A stretch of DNA of 64,000 nucleotides from NCBI GenBank assembly GCA_041556555.1, contig JBFFIE010000006.1, forward strand, positions 5,452 through 69,451, given 5' to 3'. Both the position numbers and the translations under genes were made by a program. A model generated the notes under the pieces. It saw nothing but the letters and a program-made list of their open reading frames with translations. It had not been told where the DNA came from and made no database searches. Every line of letters begins with the position of its first letter. Positions within the stretch are counted from its first letter, which is position 1. Below, one piece after another: positions 50,764 through 60,812 of this stretch. This DNA is from Gammaproteobacteria bacterium (lineage in GTDB: Bacteria; Pseudomonadota; Gammaproteobacteria; Eutrophobiales; Eutrophobiaceae).

Positions 50764-51039
50764 ATGAGCAGGACCGTACAATGCATCAAACTGGGCAAAG
50801 AGGCCGAAGGTCTGCCAATGGCGCCCTATCCTGGAGAACTGGGCAAACGGATTTTTGAAAACGTGTCTAAGGAAGCCTGGCAATTGTGGCTGGCCCACCA
50901 GACCATGTTAATCAATGAGTATCACCTCACCCCGATTGAACCCAAGGCACGGCAATTCCTTGAGGAAGAGATGGAGAAATTTTTCTTTGGCAGTGGCTCG
51001 GAAAAACCGAAGGAGTATGTTCCCCCGAAGGACGACTAA
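50764..51039 (+). CDS. yggX: Fe(2+)-trafficking / oxidative damage protection protein YggX
   Basis: 91 aa. The [16 protein letters not shown]...YPGELGKRI...QTMLINE region matches E. coli YggX closely. Confidence 0.9.
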   Translation: MSRTVQCIKLGKEAEGLPMAPYPGELGKRIFENVSKEAWQLWLAHQTMLINEYHLTPIEPKARQFLEEEMEKFFFGSGSEKPKEYVPPKDD

Positions 51040-51067
51040 TGGGGTTTGGCTTGACGGGCACCTTCCC

Positions 51068-51098
51068 GACCGCTTTAATACGCGGTCTTTGATTTTTA
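51068..51098 (+). terminator. Rho-independent terminator after yggX
   Basis: GACCGC-tttaatac-GCGGTC stem-loop followed by a T-rich tract. Confidence 0.55.
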
Positions 51099-51111
51099 TC
51101 CTTCCCTCAAT

Positions 51112-51187
51112 GGCCAGGTAGCTCAGTTGGTAGAGCAGGGGACTGAAAATCCCTGTGTCGGCAGTTCGATTCTGTCCCTGGCCACCA
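51112..51187 (+). tRNA. tRNA-Phe (GAA)
   Basis: 76 nt with a cloverleaf fold. The 7-bp acceptor pairs GGCCAGG with CCTGGCC. The anticodon loop reads cTGAAaa, the T-loop TTCGATT, and the 3' end is CCA. It is near-identical to E. coli tRNA-Phe. Confidence 0.95.
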
Positions 51188-51398
51188 TTAACTTCAGCTA
51201 TAAGCAATATGCATCCTGCCCTCGGACTGGGGTTTTCTCGGTTTAAGCGTCTATACTTATGTAATAAAACTGAAAATAGTGCCCTTCTGATATAAGTCAG
51301 TCTGTTAGGGGTTGACGGCCCATCCCAATTTGAGTTGCGTTTGCTGCAACGACCGCCATATCTATTCACAAGCTTTCATTAAAGAGGGGGGGTATCCT

Positions 51399-51791
51399 AT
51401 GTATAGTCACCAATCAGTAGCGGCTCGGGCTAGCAAGATCGGCTTGGTTCTTGTGATAGTTTTTGCAGGTGCATGGTTTGCTTTTGTCGATAAAGGCAGC
51501 AGTTCTCAAGTCTCGGCTCAAACACTTACCCAAATCGAAGTCACCATATTTTCCTATGATGGCCGGGATTTTGTTCGAGACCAGACCACATTAGTTGGCG
51601 AAGATGGAAAATCCGCCGTCCATACAATACTCGATCGTAATTCTCCGGCGTATAAGGCCTTAATTCAAAAGCACTCCTACACCGGGAAGGTCACTCTGTT
51701 TGGTCGAAAATATGATTCTACCTATGCGCCTCTAATTGACAATGATGATCGACTAACAGGCGCCCTGTTTGTTGCTGTGTCAATTCACTGA
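51399..51791 (+). pseudogene. Truncated sensor fragment: TM helix + Cache-like ligand-binding domain with no signalling module
   Basis: A strong SD (AAGAGGGGGGG) precedes the ATG. A TM helix (IGLVLVIVFAGAWFAF) is followed by a Cache-like domain ending ...YDSTYAPLIDNDDRLTGALFVAVS. The ORF stops right after the domain. It lies in an AT-rich tract downstream of tRNA-Phe. Confidence 0.4.
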
Positions 51792-52158
51792 CACTGTATT
51801 AACACAAGTCAGAGTTTATGTTGTCATTTCCCGACGTCGGAGGCTGGAATCCAGCCTCCGGTTGGGGGCAGGCCGCACGGATGGCAGAATTTCCAATTGC
51901 TATTACCAGAACGCCGTCGGTCGTGATTTTCCCTTATCCACATTCTGAGACCCTTTGATATCGTTCCCTGATATGAAATAAGAGCCATTCTAAGAATATC
52001 CCCAAAATACTCTTCTAAAGTTTGCTAATTTCCGGTGGCGGCGTATATTTATCGGGTCATCTGATATTATATAATTCATATGTAAAATCCGGATAGAATA
52101 TCTGCTGACGTAAAAGCAATAACAATCTGCTTCATATTAGATAACTGGGGGAAATAAT

Positions 52159-52674
52159 ATGACAAGTCTAGTTGCTCTTTGTGTAAGTATCGGGGTTCTT
52201 GGCGGCGTTGCAACCTATCTGGCATTGGGTCCATTACAGGGAATCATCCTGATCTGGGGTGTATTCATTGGCTGGGCCACATTTTTTGCCACCGGTGGAA
52301 GTACATCGTCACTTCAAAAATCGATCGCATGTAATGTATTTGGTGTTATTTGTGCCTGGATAATGGCCATTATCCTGTTAAGTACGCCTCTGGGCGGATG
52401 GGGGGCAGTAGGCGCGGGCATCGCTGTTGGCTTGACAGTTCTTGGTATGTGTCTCGCTGCTCATATAAAGATGCTAGATGCCATTCCTGCCAGTGTTTAT
52501 GGTTATGCTGCCACAGCCGCTTATTTACTACAGACTCAAGGCGCATTGGACATGAGTGCCTTGACAGGTGCGAACTTCAGTAATGCGCTGGTTATTATTT
52601 CAGTATCATTGATTGTTGGCGCATTTTTCGGATTGTTATCCGCAAAGCTTGGAGAAATGTTAACTAAAAGCTGA
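52159..52674 (+). CDS. DUF1097-family inner membrane protein
   Basis: 171 aa with 4-5 TM helices. It is Gly/Ala-rich in the manner of YcdZ-like proteins. Confidence 0.45.
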   Translation: MTSLVALCVSIGVLGGVATYLALGPLQGIILIWGVFIGWATFFATGGSTSSLQKSIACNVFGVICAWIMAIILLSTPLGGWGAVGAGIAVGLTVLGMCLAAHIKMLDAIPASVYGYAATAAYLLQTQGALDMSALTGANFSNALVIISVSLIVGAFFGLLSAKLGEMLTKS

Positions 52675-52775
52675 ATATCAGCAGTTGATTACATCTTATT
52701 AACATTAATAAAGATCACACCTGGAAGAAGTTAAGTATATAAACGTAAGGATACTTTTAAGCAACTTTTAAAATA

Positions 52776-52797
52776 CCCCGCCTTGGCGGGGTTTTTA
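52776..52797 (+). terminator. Rho-independent terminator
   Basis: CCCCGCC-tt-GGCGGGG followed by TTTTT. Confidence 0.65.
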
Positions 52798-52864
52798 TTG
52801 AACTTATTAAATTATGAAAAGTTGGTTAATTGACAGCTTGCTATGGCACGCAGAAAATACAGGT

Positions 52865-53416
52865 ATGGACAGACTAATTAAAATCAATTGTTTCTGCTTG
52901 TTTTTATTGTTGTTGGGATTAAGTTTCATCACAATGGCAGAGACAGAACCCGGCGTGGTTACGGTCATGTCTGATGTCTATTCCCAGCCGGATCGGAACA
53001 CGCCAGCGATAATGACTATCCCAGCCGATGCCAAAGTGACCATTCTGGAACGCAAGGGAACCTGGTATCGGATAGAACAGCAATCGCCTGCAAATATTCA
53101 GGGCTGGATCTGGTTTAATGTCCAGCCGGAATCCAACCTGAGCTGGCTGGAACGGTTTCGCCGGGTGTTGAAAGGTGGCTACTCAACACAGGAATCAACC
53201 GCAGTGGCAACTATCGGTATCCGTGGCCTGGGGCCGGGAGATATTCGCAAGGCAACACCAGACACCAATGAACTTGGCAAACTGGATCGCTATCAGAGTG
53301 ATACGAGTCGAGCCAGACGCATGGCCGGTGCGGCCGGGCTGCATAGTCAACCGGTAACCTACTTGATAAAACCGGATACTCGCGAGTCGGGAACACAAGG
53401 AGGATATCCCCGATGA
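52865..53416 (+). CDS. Secreted bacterial SH3 (SH3b) domain protein
   Basis: A signal peptide starts at the ATG at 52865 (MDRLIKINCFCLFLLLLGLSFITMA). An SH3_3-like core follows (KGTWYRIEQQSPANIQGWIW). An alternative ATG lies at 52814. Confidence 0.5.
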   Translation: MDRLIKINCFCLFLLLLGLSFITMAETEPGVVTVMSDVYSQPDRNTPAIMTIPADAKVTILERKGTWYRIEQQSPANIQGWIWFNVQPESNLSWLERFRRVLKGGYSTQESTAVATIGIRGLGPGDIRKATPDTNELGKLDRYQSDTSRARRMAGAAGLHSQPVTYLIKPDTRESGTQGGYPR

Positions 53417-54294
53417 TGAAATTTGTGCTAAGCACGGTAATGGTATTCGCCATCATGTGGGGAACTATGTCGAATGTTTCCGCGGACTGGGGTGATGCAC
53501 TAAAGTTACTGGAAAAGGGCAGCGAAAAGTTGATCCAACACAAGGACGCCTTCATTGAAATCAATGAGCCCAGGGAAATTGAACTGGGGGAAGGTATGTC
53601 GGCACAATTGCTGGGTGCGGCGCCCCTGGTGGATAACAGGGAATTGCAACAGTATGTCAATGACGTCGGTCTCTGGCTGGCACTGCAGACCGAACGTCCC
53701 GACCTGCCCTGGCATTTTGGCGTTCTCGATGATAATGACATTAATGCCTTTGCAGCACCCGGCGGTTACATCTTCATTTCCAAAGGCCTGTTCATGTTGA
53801 TGCGCAATGAATCCGAACTGGCCGGCGTGCTTGCGCATGAGATTTCACACGTACTGGTGAAACATCACTTGGAAGATATTAGAGAGAAGGCACAGTCCGG
53901 AATATTGAAGGACATCGGGTCTGTCGCAGCCGAAGAACTGGCAGGTCCTGAATGGCAGCAAGTGGCCAGGCAATTGATCAATACCGGTGTCGATGTCTGG
54001 GAAAGCGGACTCAATCGTGACGACGAACTGGAGGCCGATCAACTGGGTGTCGTGATCGCTGCACGTGCCGGTTATGATCCTTATGGACTGGTCGGTGTCT
54101 TGCATACCCTGAGCCTCATTAGCCCGCAAGCGAAAACCTATCAATTAATGCACGCCACCCATCCACCGGCAGTGGATCGTGTTGAAAGACTGGAACAAGC
54201 CATGCAGGGGCAACTGGATAAATATTCAGACCAGGTGCAGGTCACCGGTCGGTTGATCAAGCTGCAACAACTGCTGGAAGACGATCAGGCCTGA
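53413..54294 (+). CDS. Periplasmic M48-family zinc metalloprotease (BepA/YcaL-like)
   Basis: A signal peptide, the HEISHV (HExxH) motif and the M48 fold are present. It is coupled to the previous gene through an ATGA overlap. Confidence 0.7.
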   Translation: MMKFVLSTVMVFAIMWGTMSNVSADWGDALKLLEKGSEKLIQHKDAFIEINEPREIELGEGMSAQLLGAAPLVDNRELQQYVNDVGLWLALQTERPDLPWHFGVLDDNDINAFAAPGGYIFISKGLFMLMRNESELAGVLAHEISHVLVKHHLEDIREKAQSGILKDIGSVAAEELAGPEWQQVARQLINTGVDVWESGLNRDDELEADQLGVVIAARAGYDPYGLVGVLHTLSLISPQAKTYQLMHATHPPAVDRVERLEQAMQGQLDKYSDQVQVTGRLIKLQQLLEDDQA

Positions 54295-54331
54295 AAACAA
54301 CATTTCATGAATAGGTTTTTCAGGGATCTGT

Positions 54332-55438
54332 TTACCAGCCCTGTAATAAGCCACCATCCGCGAAATCCCAGATGAGATATAGATATGCTTTATAGTCATA
54401 CCTGTCTGTATCGTTGATGGGTAATTCAGCACCCAGGTTCAAAGCAATATGTCCGCCCTTGCTCAGCCCGATCTGTGCCTGTGGAATAAGGCTGAGTTGC
54501 GCAAAATCTGCACGGTCGCTGCCTGTGCCACGTTCAATTGGAAATGATGCAACGAGTTCCAGTCCGGGATGCAAACTGCGTGGCCAGGGGCTCGGTGTCC
54601 AGTGAACAACCCCCGAAAGCTCGACAGAGCCGTCACTGAACCTGTCAAATGGCAGGTCTGCCCTGGCAGTACTCTGAAAAGTAATTTTATCAGTCAAGCG
54701 CTTCGCAGCAGCAATATATGGAATAAACTCATTGGAGTCACCGTGCTCTTCGGTCTTGATTGCAACCAGTGTACCCAGAGATGTGATGAACTGGTGTGCC
54801 GTGCTGGAATATAAAACGTACTTAATACCAGGCTCTATTTGATCAATGTTCCCTTTATTATCATCAATCGCATCATCAAAAGTATGGCTGAGTTCGAAGG
54901 AAAACTGGAACCGTTTCAGGAATCGTTTTTCAATTTCGAGAACATTTCGAACCTGGTCCCTGCTTGTATCACCGATATTATTTTGAAAGCGGAATTTCCA
55001 CACCACCTCGTCTTCGGGAAACGCCTTCTTGGTGCGTATCGGTAATATAAAGTTCATATCACCGGAGGGATAGCCATGATCGCCTGCAAGCGTCTTGATA
55101 TAGGCGACAATCAGATGAATCTCTTCATCACTTAATGAATCCTTGAATGCCGGCATGATCTCGGACCGCCCAAGTGCAGCGCCGCCATGCTTGATGACCA
55201 TGAACCAGTCCCTGGAAGGTTCACGACTATTGAATAACGGGTCCGTGAAATTTGCCGGAAATATGCCCAGCTCCCTGAATACGGGGTTCTCCGGGTCAGG
55301 TTTACCAGTGGCCCCGTGACAAGCAGCACAATTTGTTTGGTAGAGCTTGCCGGCATCCATATGTTCGTTTGCGTAGACGTATTGAACGGATACCAGGCAC
55401 AAAATAGAAATGCTGGATTTAATAAGATATCTGAACAT
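54332..55438 (-). CDS. Monoheme class I c-type cytochrome fused to a C-terminal beta-rich domain (putative outer-membrane beta-barrel)
   Basis: A signal peptide is followed by CAACH and a distal Met (EIMPAF). About 250 aa of alternating beta-strand pattern come next. The protein ends ...GGLLQGW with an aromatic terminus. Confidence 0.55.
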   Translation of the reverse strand: MFRYLIKSSISILCLVSVQYVYANEHMDAGKLYQTNCAACHGATGKPDPENPVFRELGIFPANFTDPLFNSREPSRDWFMVIKHGGAALGRSEIMPAFKDSLSDEEIHLIVAYIKTLAGDHGYPSGDMNFILPIRTKKAFPEDEVVWKFRFQNNIGDTSRDQVRNVLEIEKRFLKRFQFSFELSHTFDDAIDDNKGNIDQIEPGIKYVLYSSTAHQFITSLGTLVAIKTEEHGDSNEFIPYIAAAKRLTDKITFQSTARADLPFDRFSDGSVELSGVVHWTPSPWPRSLHPGLELVASFPIERGTGSDRADFAQLSLIPQAQIGLSKGGHIALNLGAELPINDTDRYDYKAYLYLIWDFADGGLLQGW

Positions 55439-55552
55439 GGGATGCCCGCTAGTTAAAACTATATGAATTATTAATACAGCGCTCGTTCAGGATATTGATA
55501 CAGATCAAGCGCTCTGATTTATATTGTGATTATGAAGCTGCCAGGTCGACAG

Positions 55553-56440
55553 TCAATCGGGTAACGGGATTACCGTGCCCACACCGGAGAAAACATAATC
55601 ATCTTCCCACATATCATGGAAAATATATTGGGCCGGTTCTCCGGTACAATGACCCGGCGCAAGATGCCTGACCTTAAACAGGTTCTTTAAAGCATCTGCA
55701 ATCGAATAAATTTTCTCATCAGGCATGGTGGGCATGTGATAACCACCCAATACCATATAGATATTGTTATTAATAGCGGATGCTTCATTGACAATATTGT
55801 CAACGCCGGGATGTGAACAGCCAACAATAATCACCAGTCCCTGGCTGGTTTCAATCACCAGTGAAATTTCACGCAATTCCTTGGTGCCCGGTGTGTCAGA
55901 CACTAATGAGACGAGGAGAATGCCCGGCATGATTTGTCGGGTGGTATCAATATACTCAAAATCACCCTTGGGCCAGGCTTTGCCAAACGTCATGATCTCG
56001 GGAGGATGGCCATCATAATAGCGAAGATAATCCGGCAACTCGCTATTCTTGCGATAGAAACTGCTGGGCAGCTCACTGCCGAAGATCCCGAATGACTCCA
56101 CGGGTGCATAAATCCTGACGTCGGGATTCACTTGCATTAAATAATTAACACCGGCCGTGTGATCCAGGTGCCGGTGGGAGAGGACCACGAAATCGAGCTG
56201 GTTTAAGTCAACACCGGCCGCTTTCACATTATGCGCAAAGATCTCTGCATTATTACCGGTATCAAACAGGATCCGTTTGTCATTGAACCTGATTAATGCA
56301 GAGAAGCCCCAGTCCTTGGTCATATGGGGATCTTTGCCGAAGGCATCATATAGGATGGTGATAGAATTGCTGGAAGCCGCGCTTGCAGTGCCGGTAAAAG
56401 CAACAAGGATCAGATACAGTAATATCAATCGAAATTGCAT
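55553..56440 (-). CDS. Secreted MBL-fold metallo-hydrolase
   Basis: A signal peptide and an HRHLDHTAG motif (HxHxDH) are present. Confidence 0.7.
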   Translation of the reverse strand: MQFRLILLYLILVAFTGTASAASSNSITILYDAFGKDPHMTKDWGFSALIRFNDKRILFDTGNNAEIFAHNVKAAGVDLNQLDFVVLSHRHLDHTAGVNYLMQVNPDVRIYAPVESFGIFGSELPSSFYRKNSELPDYLRYYDGHPPEIMTFGKAWPKGDFEYIDTTRQIMPGILLVSLVSDTPGTKELREISLVIETSQGLVIIVGCSHPGVDNIVNEASAINNNIYMVLGGYHMPTMPDEKIYSIADALKNLFKVRHLAPGHCTGEPAQYIFHDMWEDDYVFSGVGTVIPLPD

Positions 56441-56614
56441 TGATAAATACTGGTTAGTTTAGTCATCTTATCTCAAAGTATAGCTCGATAAGGCAGCAGT
56501 AAAAGTCAGGTAATCTTTCAATCGTAGTGTGATAGTTAAACTCATGCTGCTCAATATAATGTTCACGAAAGATATGACACGCAATTTTGCGAAAAAGTGT
56601 AAATAACCGGATAA

Positions 56615-57472
56615 CTACCGGAGATAGGGTGTCCAGTCGAATAACGGATCCGCGATGGCAATAAACTGAGGATTCAGCAGCTCTGCTTTCATATTATAAG
56701 TCAGCCTGTTCATGGACATGTCCAAGACAGCACCCCCGGCTTCCTCGACAATGCACTGCGCAGCGGCTGTATCCCACTCACTGGTAGGACCAAAACGCGG
56801 GTAAATGTCTACCAATCCTTCTGCTACCAGGCAGAATTTCAGGGAACTACCGATACTGAGTAACTCCACATCACCGAGTTTTTCAATGAATGCGCGCAAT
56901 TTCTTGCTTCCGTGTGAACGACTACCGGCAACCTTGATGGCTTCCTTATGCGTCTGTCTTGTCTGAATCTGTCTGGCAGGATCACCTGGTCCTTTGATGA
57001 ATGCGCCATTACCCTGACTGGCGTAATAGGTTTTGCCAGTGACCGGAACATTAATCACGCCAATGACAGGTTGATGTGCATGAATCAAGGCAATGTTAAC
57101 TGTGAATTCGCCGTTTTGTTTGATGAATTCACGGGTCCCATCCAGAGGATCGATAAGCCAGTAATATGTCCATGACTTGCGTGTCTCGAAACTGACACTG
57201 GATGATTCTTCCGTGAATACCGGAATATCGGGGGTTAACTGCGTCAGGTAATCGCAGATACAATGATGAGAGGCCATGTCAGCTTCGGTGAGCGGGGACT
57301 TGTCGTCCTTCTGTACAACAGAAAAGCTGGAGTTATAGACAGTCAGGATCCTTTCGGCTGCCCTGGAGGCTATATGAATGACTTCATCGGTCAATTCAGA
57401 CAGGGGTGGTATCTGCTCAAATGAGGGCATATGCGGCATTCTATGTGAAATATTCATTGAAGTGGAATCCAA
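56615..57472 (-). CDS. cysQ: 3'(2'),5'-bisphosphate nucleotidase
   Basis: Inositol monophosphatase family motifs are present (WLIDPLDGT, WDTAAA). The start is uncertain. The called ORF begins at a TTG, and internal ATGs lie at 57457, 57439 and 57430. Confidence 0.8.
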   Translation of the reverse strand: MDSTSMNISHRMPHMPSFEQIPPLSELTDEVIHIASRAAERILTVYNSSFSVVQKDDKSPLTEADMASHHCICDYLTQLTPDIPVFTEESSSVSFETRKSWTYYWLIDPLDGTREFIKQNGEFTVNIALIHAHQPVIGVINVPVTGKTYYASQGNGAFIKGPGDPARQIQTRQTHKEAIKVAGSRSHGSKKLRAFIEKLGDVELLSIGSSLKFCLVAEGLVDIYPRFGPTSEWDTAAAQCIVEEAGGAVLDMSMNRLTYNMKAELLNPQFIAIADPLFDWTPYLR

Positions 57473-57499
57473 ATCCCTGGAACTTGATATACTTCATTT

Positions 57500-58159
57500 A
57501 TGGTTGATTGGAAAAATATAGAGACTGTGCTACTGGACATGGATGGCACGGTCCTGGATCTGTATTTCGATAATTATTTCTGGCAGGAATACCTGCCATC
57601 GCACTGGGGCAGATTGCGCGGTCTGGATGCAGAGACCGCAAAACAAAAACTGATCCCGAAGATGAAAAGTCTTGAAGGTACCCTTTCCTGGTATTGCCTG
57701 GATTTCTGGTCAAAAGAACTGGAGATTGAAGTTATTCAATTGAAAACAGATATCGAACATTTGATCCAGATAAGGCCAAGTGCACTGGAATTTCTCAAAG
57801 CGCTGAACGTCCATGGCCGGAAGCCAATTATGGTGACCAATGCTCACATGGATCTCATTGACATGAAATTAACAAAGACCGGCATTGGTGATTACTTCAG
57901 CCATATCATCAGCTCACATACATTGGGTTGCGCCAAGGAAGAAGTGACTTTCTGGGAGCGCTTGCGGGAGAATATTGAATTCAGTCCGGAGAGAACCTTG
58001 TTGGTGGATGATAACGTGACTGTTTTAAGAACGGCTCGAAGCTATGGGATCAGCCATCTGTTGAGTATCGCGGTCCCGGATAGCCGCGGGCCGGAGCGAG
58101 ACACAGCAGAATTCCCGGCGGTCTATGATTTTAATGATGTACTTTCTGTTGCCCTGTAG
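57500..58159 (+). CDS. yrfG: HAD-family GMP/IMP nucleotidase YrfG-like
   Basis: The motif VLLDMDGTVLDLYFDNYFWQ is near-identical to the E. coli YrfG N-terminus. Confidence 0.8.
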   Translation: MVDWKNIETVLLDMDGTVLDLYFDNYFWQEYLPSHWGRLRGLDAETAKQKLIPKMKSLEGTLSWYCLDFWSKELEIEVIQLKTDIEHLIQIRPSALEFLKALNVHGRKPIMVTNAHMDLIDMKLTKTGIGDYFSHIISSHTLGCAKEEVTFWERLRENIEFSPERTLLVDDNVTVLRTARSYGISHLLSIAVPDSRGPERDTAEFPAVYDFNDVLSVAL

Positions 58160-58830
58160 GTAAATACCAGATCAAACACTTCATGCTCAAGCTTAATTCC
58201 CCGACGCTCAAACTTTGTGACCGGTCGCCAGTATGGGCGTGGCGCCATTAGCCCTTCACCGGCAAGATTTACGTACCCGGGAACTTCAGCAAATGCATCC
58301 AGTATAGATTCTGAATAATCCTTCCAGTCGGTTGCGATGTAAACCCGTCCATGGGATTTGAGACATTTGGCTAGCGTCCTCAGAAAATCCGGATTAATCA
58401 GCCTTCTCTTGAAATGACGTTTCTTGGGCCAGGGATCGGGAAAGAAAATATAGACTGCATCCAGGCATAGAGGAGGCAACTGATATTGCAGGACTTCAAA
58501 GACATCGTGATTCGAAATCCGGATGTTGTGAAGTTTAAGTTCGCGGATCTGGCGTAGCAGACTACCTATACCGGGTCTGTGGACTTCCACGGCAAGGTAG
58601 TTATTTTCCAGGTGTTGTTTGGCAATGGTAATACAGGAATCACCCATGCCCGTGCCGATGTCCAGTATCGTCGGAGCACGACGGCCAAATACTGTTTCCA
58701 GATCAAGGTATTCCCTCGAAAACGGAATTCCAAAGTCATGCCAGTAATATTCCAGGGCCTGGCGCTGACTCTCGGTCATTCTGCCTTCCCGGCGGACGTA
58801 GCTGCGAATATGACTAAATGCCTGAGTCAC
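58123..58830 (-). CDS. trmB: tRNA (guanine46-N7)-methyltransferase
   Basis: The motifs LDIGTGMG, FFPDPWPKKRH and VTKFERRG match TrmB. Confidence 0.88.
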   Translation of the reverse strand: MTQAFSHIRSYVRREGRMTESQRQALEYYWHDFGIPFSREYLDLETVFGRRAPTILDIGTGMGDSCITIAKQHLENNYLAVEVHRPGIGSLLRQIRELKLHNIRISNHDVFEVLQYQLPPLCLDAVYIFFPDPWPKKRHFKRRLINPDFLRTLAKCLKSHGRVYIATDWKDYSESILDAFAEVPGYVNLAGEGLMAPRPYWRPVTKFERRGIKLEHEVFDLVFTYRATESTSLKS

Positions 58831-58860
58831 CGGGTTTATAGCCAGTCAATATGTGTTTTA

Positions 58861-59652
58861 CTAGAAGAACCGACCATCCAGCGGCGAAGAGGCACTGGCA
58901 TAAGCACGCCTCGGCATGCGTCCGGCAAGGAAAGCTTCGCGGCCGGCCTCAATTGCTTTTTTCATGGCTGAAGCCATGAGGACAGGATCCTTGGCTTCGG
59001 CAATTGCAGTGTTCATAAGGACACCGTCGCAGCCCAGTTCCATGGCTATTGCAGCATCAGAGGCGGTACCAACCCCGGCATCAACAAGGATAGGCACGCT
59101 GGCGTTTTCAATGATGGTACGAATGTTGTAGGGATTGCGAATTCCGAGTCCTGAACCTATCGGCGCCGCCAGGGGCATCACGGCAATACACCCCAGTGAC
59201 TCGAGGCGCTTTGCAATGACCGGATCATCTGTGGTGTAAACCATGATCTCAAAATCATCGGCAATAAGGGCCTCCGCTGCCTTCAGCGTTTCAGTGATAT
59301 CCGGATAGAGTGTTTTTTCATCACCGAGTACTTCCAGCTTGACCAGTCGCTGCCCATCCAGTATCTCCCTCGCCAACTGGCAGGTCCTGATAGCGCTATC
59401 AGCATCGTAGCAACCGGCTGTATTGGGCAGGATGGTATATTTCTCCGGCGAAATGACATCAAGCAGGTTGGGTTCATTCTGATTCTGGCCGATATTAGTC
59501 CGTCGGATCGCCACGGTAACGATTTCCGCACCGCTGGCCTCAATGGCTGCACGGGTTTCTTCCAGATTACGGTATTTGCCCGTACCGACGAGCAGGCGGG
59601 AACTGAAGGTCCGGCCCGCTATCTTGAGTTGTTCGGTTTTCTTCGTATTCAT
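58861..59652 (-). CDS. thiG: Thiazole synthase
   Basis: The core (LLVGTGKY...TIL...PNTAGC...VMPL) is ThiG. The ATG at 59652 gives about 263 aa. The longer called ORF starts at 59778. Confidence 0.85.
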   Translation of the reverse strand: MNTKKTEQLKIAGRTFSSRLLVGTGKYRNLEETRAAIEASGAEIVTVAIRRTNIGQNQNEPNLLDVISPEKYTILPNTAGCYDADSAIRTCQLAREILDGQRLVKLEVLGDEKTLYPDITETLKAAEALIADDFEIMVYTTDDPVIAKRLESLGCIAVMPLAAPIGSGLGIRNPYNIRTIIENASVPILVDAGVGTASDAAIAMELGCDGVLMNTAIAEAKDPVLMASAMKKAIEAGREAFLAGRMPRRAYASASSPLDGRFF

Positions 59653-59671
59653 CCGCTGTCTGATTATCTCT

Positions 59672-59869
59672 CTAGCCGCCGCCAATTGCATGGACGATTT
59701 CGATATTGTCATTTGGCTTGACGGGATGAGTTTGAAAGTGGCTGCGGGGTACAATCTCGTGGTTAATCTCGACAGCAAGCTTACCCTTTAACTCAAGTCT
59801 TTCCAGCAGATCCTGAACGGTATTTATACCTTCAACCTGGCATGGTTTGCCGTTGAGATTTATCTGCAT
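59672..59869 (-). CDS. thiS: Sulfur carrier protein ThiS
   Basis: 65 aa ending in GG. It lies upstream of thiG. Confidence 0.8.
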   Translation of the reverse strand: MQINLNGKPCQVEGINTVQDLLERLELKGKLAVEINHEIVPRSHFQTHPVKPNDNIEIVHAIGGG

Positions 59870-59892
59870 GATGAGGGGTTATTGTGGTTTGA

Positions 59893-60798
59893 CTATAAAT
59901 CTACCCGCAAACCTTCGCGGGCTACATGGCACTTCAAATTCGATTTTCTATCGGAGATTATATCCAATGCATGCTGATGAATACCGTCAATCATTTCATC
60001 ATCATAATTTGGATCATGATGATACAGGTAAAGTTCCTTTACTCCAGCATCAATCGCCATATTGACGGTATCAATATAACAGGAATGGCCCCAACCGCGT
60101 TTTCTGTTGTAATCCTCGGTCGTGTATTGGGCATCATGAATCAAAATGTCCGCATTGCGGATGATTTCCAGTTCCGATTGATGCTCTTCCCTGATCATAT
60201 CGTCATAGAGTGATTGCTCTTCGTGGTTTAGTTCGGAACGTTGCTTGGAAACCGATTTCTCGATGAACTTGCATTCATTATCAGATATATAAATGACAGT
60301 CTTTCCATTTACACAAATCCGGTATCCGAAAGTTGCTCCGGGATGATGGACATTCCTGAATGTAATCTTCATTGGTCCGTGTTGCAATGTATCATTATTG
60401 GGACAGACGTAGTTGATTTTAGCAAGCCAGGATTCAGTGCCGACGGGGAAATAAGGCGCCTTCATTTGGGCAGAAACATGTTTTTCGACATCATGCATGT
60501 CATTACCGGGTCCGAAGAAGTTGATTGTCCATTCTTCCAGGAAGGCCGGGACAAAAAAGGGAAGCCCGCAGACATGGTCCCAGTGATAATGGGTAAGGAG
60601 CAGCATCAGTTCGCGGGCATTGCCTTTTACAAGTTCATTGCCCAGAGGAATGACACCAGTACCCGCATCGCATATCAAGGTATGACCGTCAGCGCTGATC
60701 TCGACGCAGGACGTATTGCCTCCGACTTTCAGGTGTGAGTCAAACGGGGCTGCATAGGAACCACGCACACCCCAAAAGCGGAGATATTTATTGCTCAT
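59893..60798 (-). CDS. MBL-fold metallo-hydrolase (cytoplasmic)
   Basis: The motifs THYHWDHV and HD...H are present. Confidence 0.7.
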   Translation of the reverse strand: MSNKYLRFWGVRGSYAAPFDSHLKVGGNTSCVEISADGHTLICDAGTGVIPLGNELVKGNARELMLLLTHYHWDHVCGLPFFVPAFLEEWTINFFGPGNDMHDVEKHVSAQMKAPYFPVGTESWLAKINYVCPNNDTLQHGPMKITFRNVHHPGATFGYRICVNGKTVIYISDNECKFIEKSVSKQRSELNHEEQSLYDDMIREEHQSELEIIRNADILIHDAQYTTEDYNRKRGWGHSCYIDTVNMAIDAGVKELYLYHHDPNYDDEMIDGIHQHALDIISDRKSNLKCHVAREGLRVDL

Positions 60799-60812
60799 AC
60801 GGTGATGTTAAA

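Noticed and set aside
51188-52800. Genomic island inserted at tRNA-Phe.
   Set aside because: There is no integrase, no recognisable direct repeat of the tRNA 3' end, and only about 1.6 kb of atypical DNA. I report it as a possible decayed remnant rather than an island.
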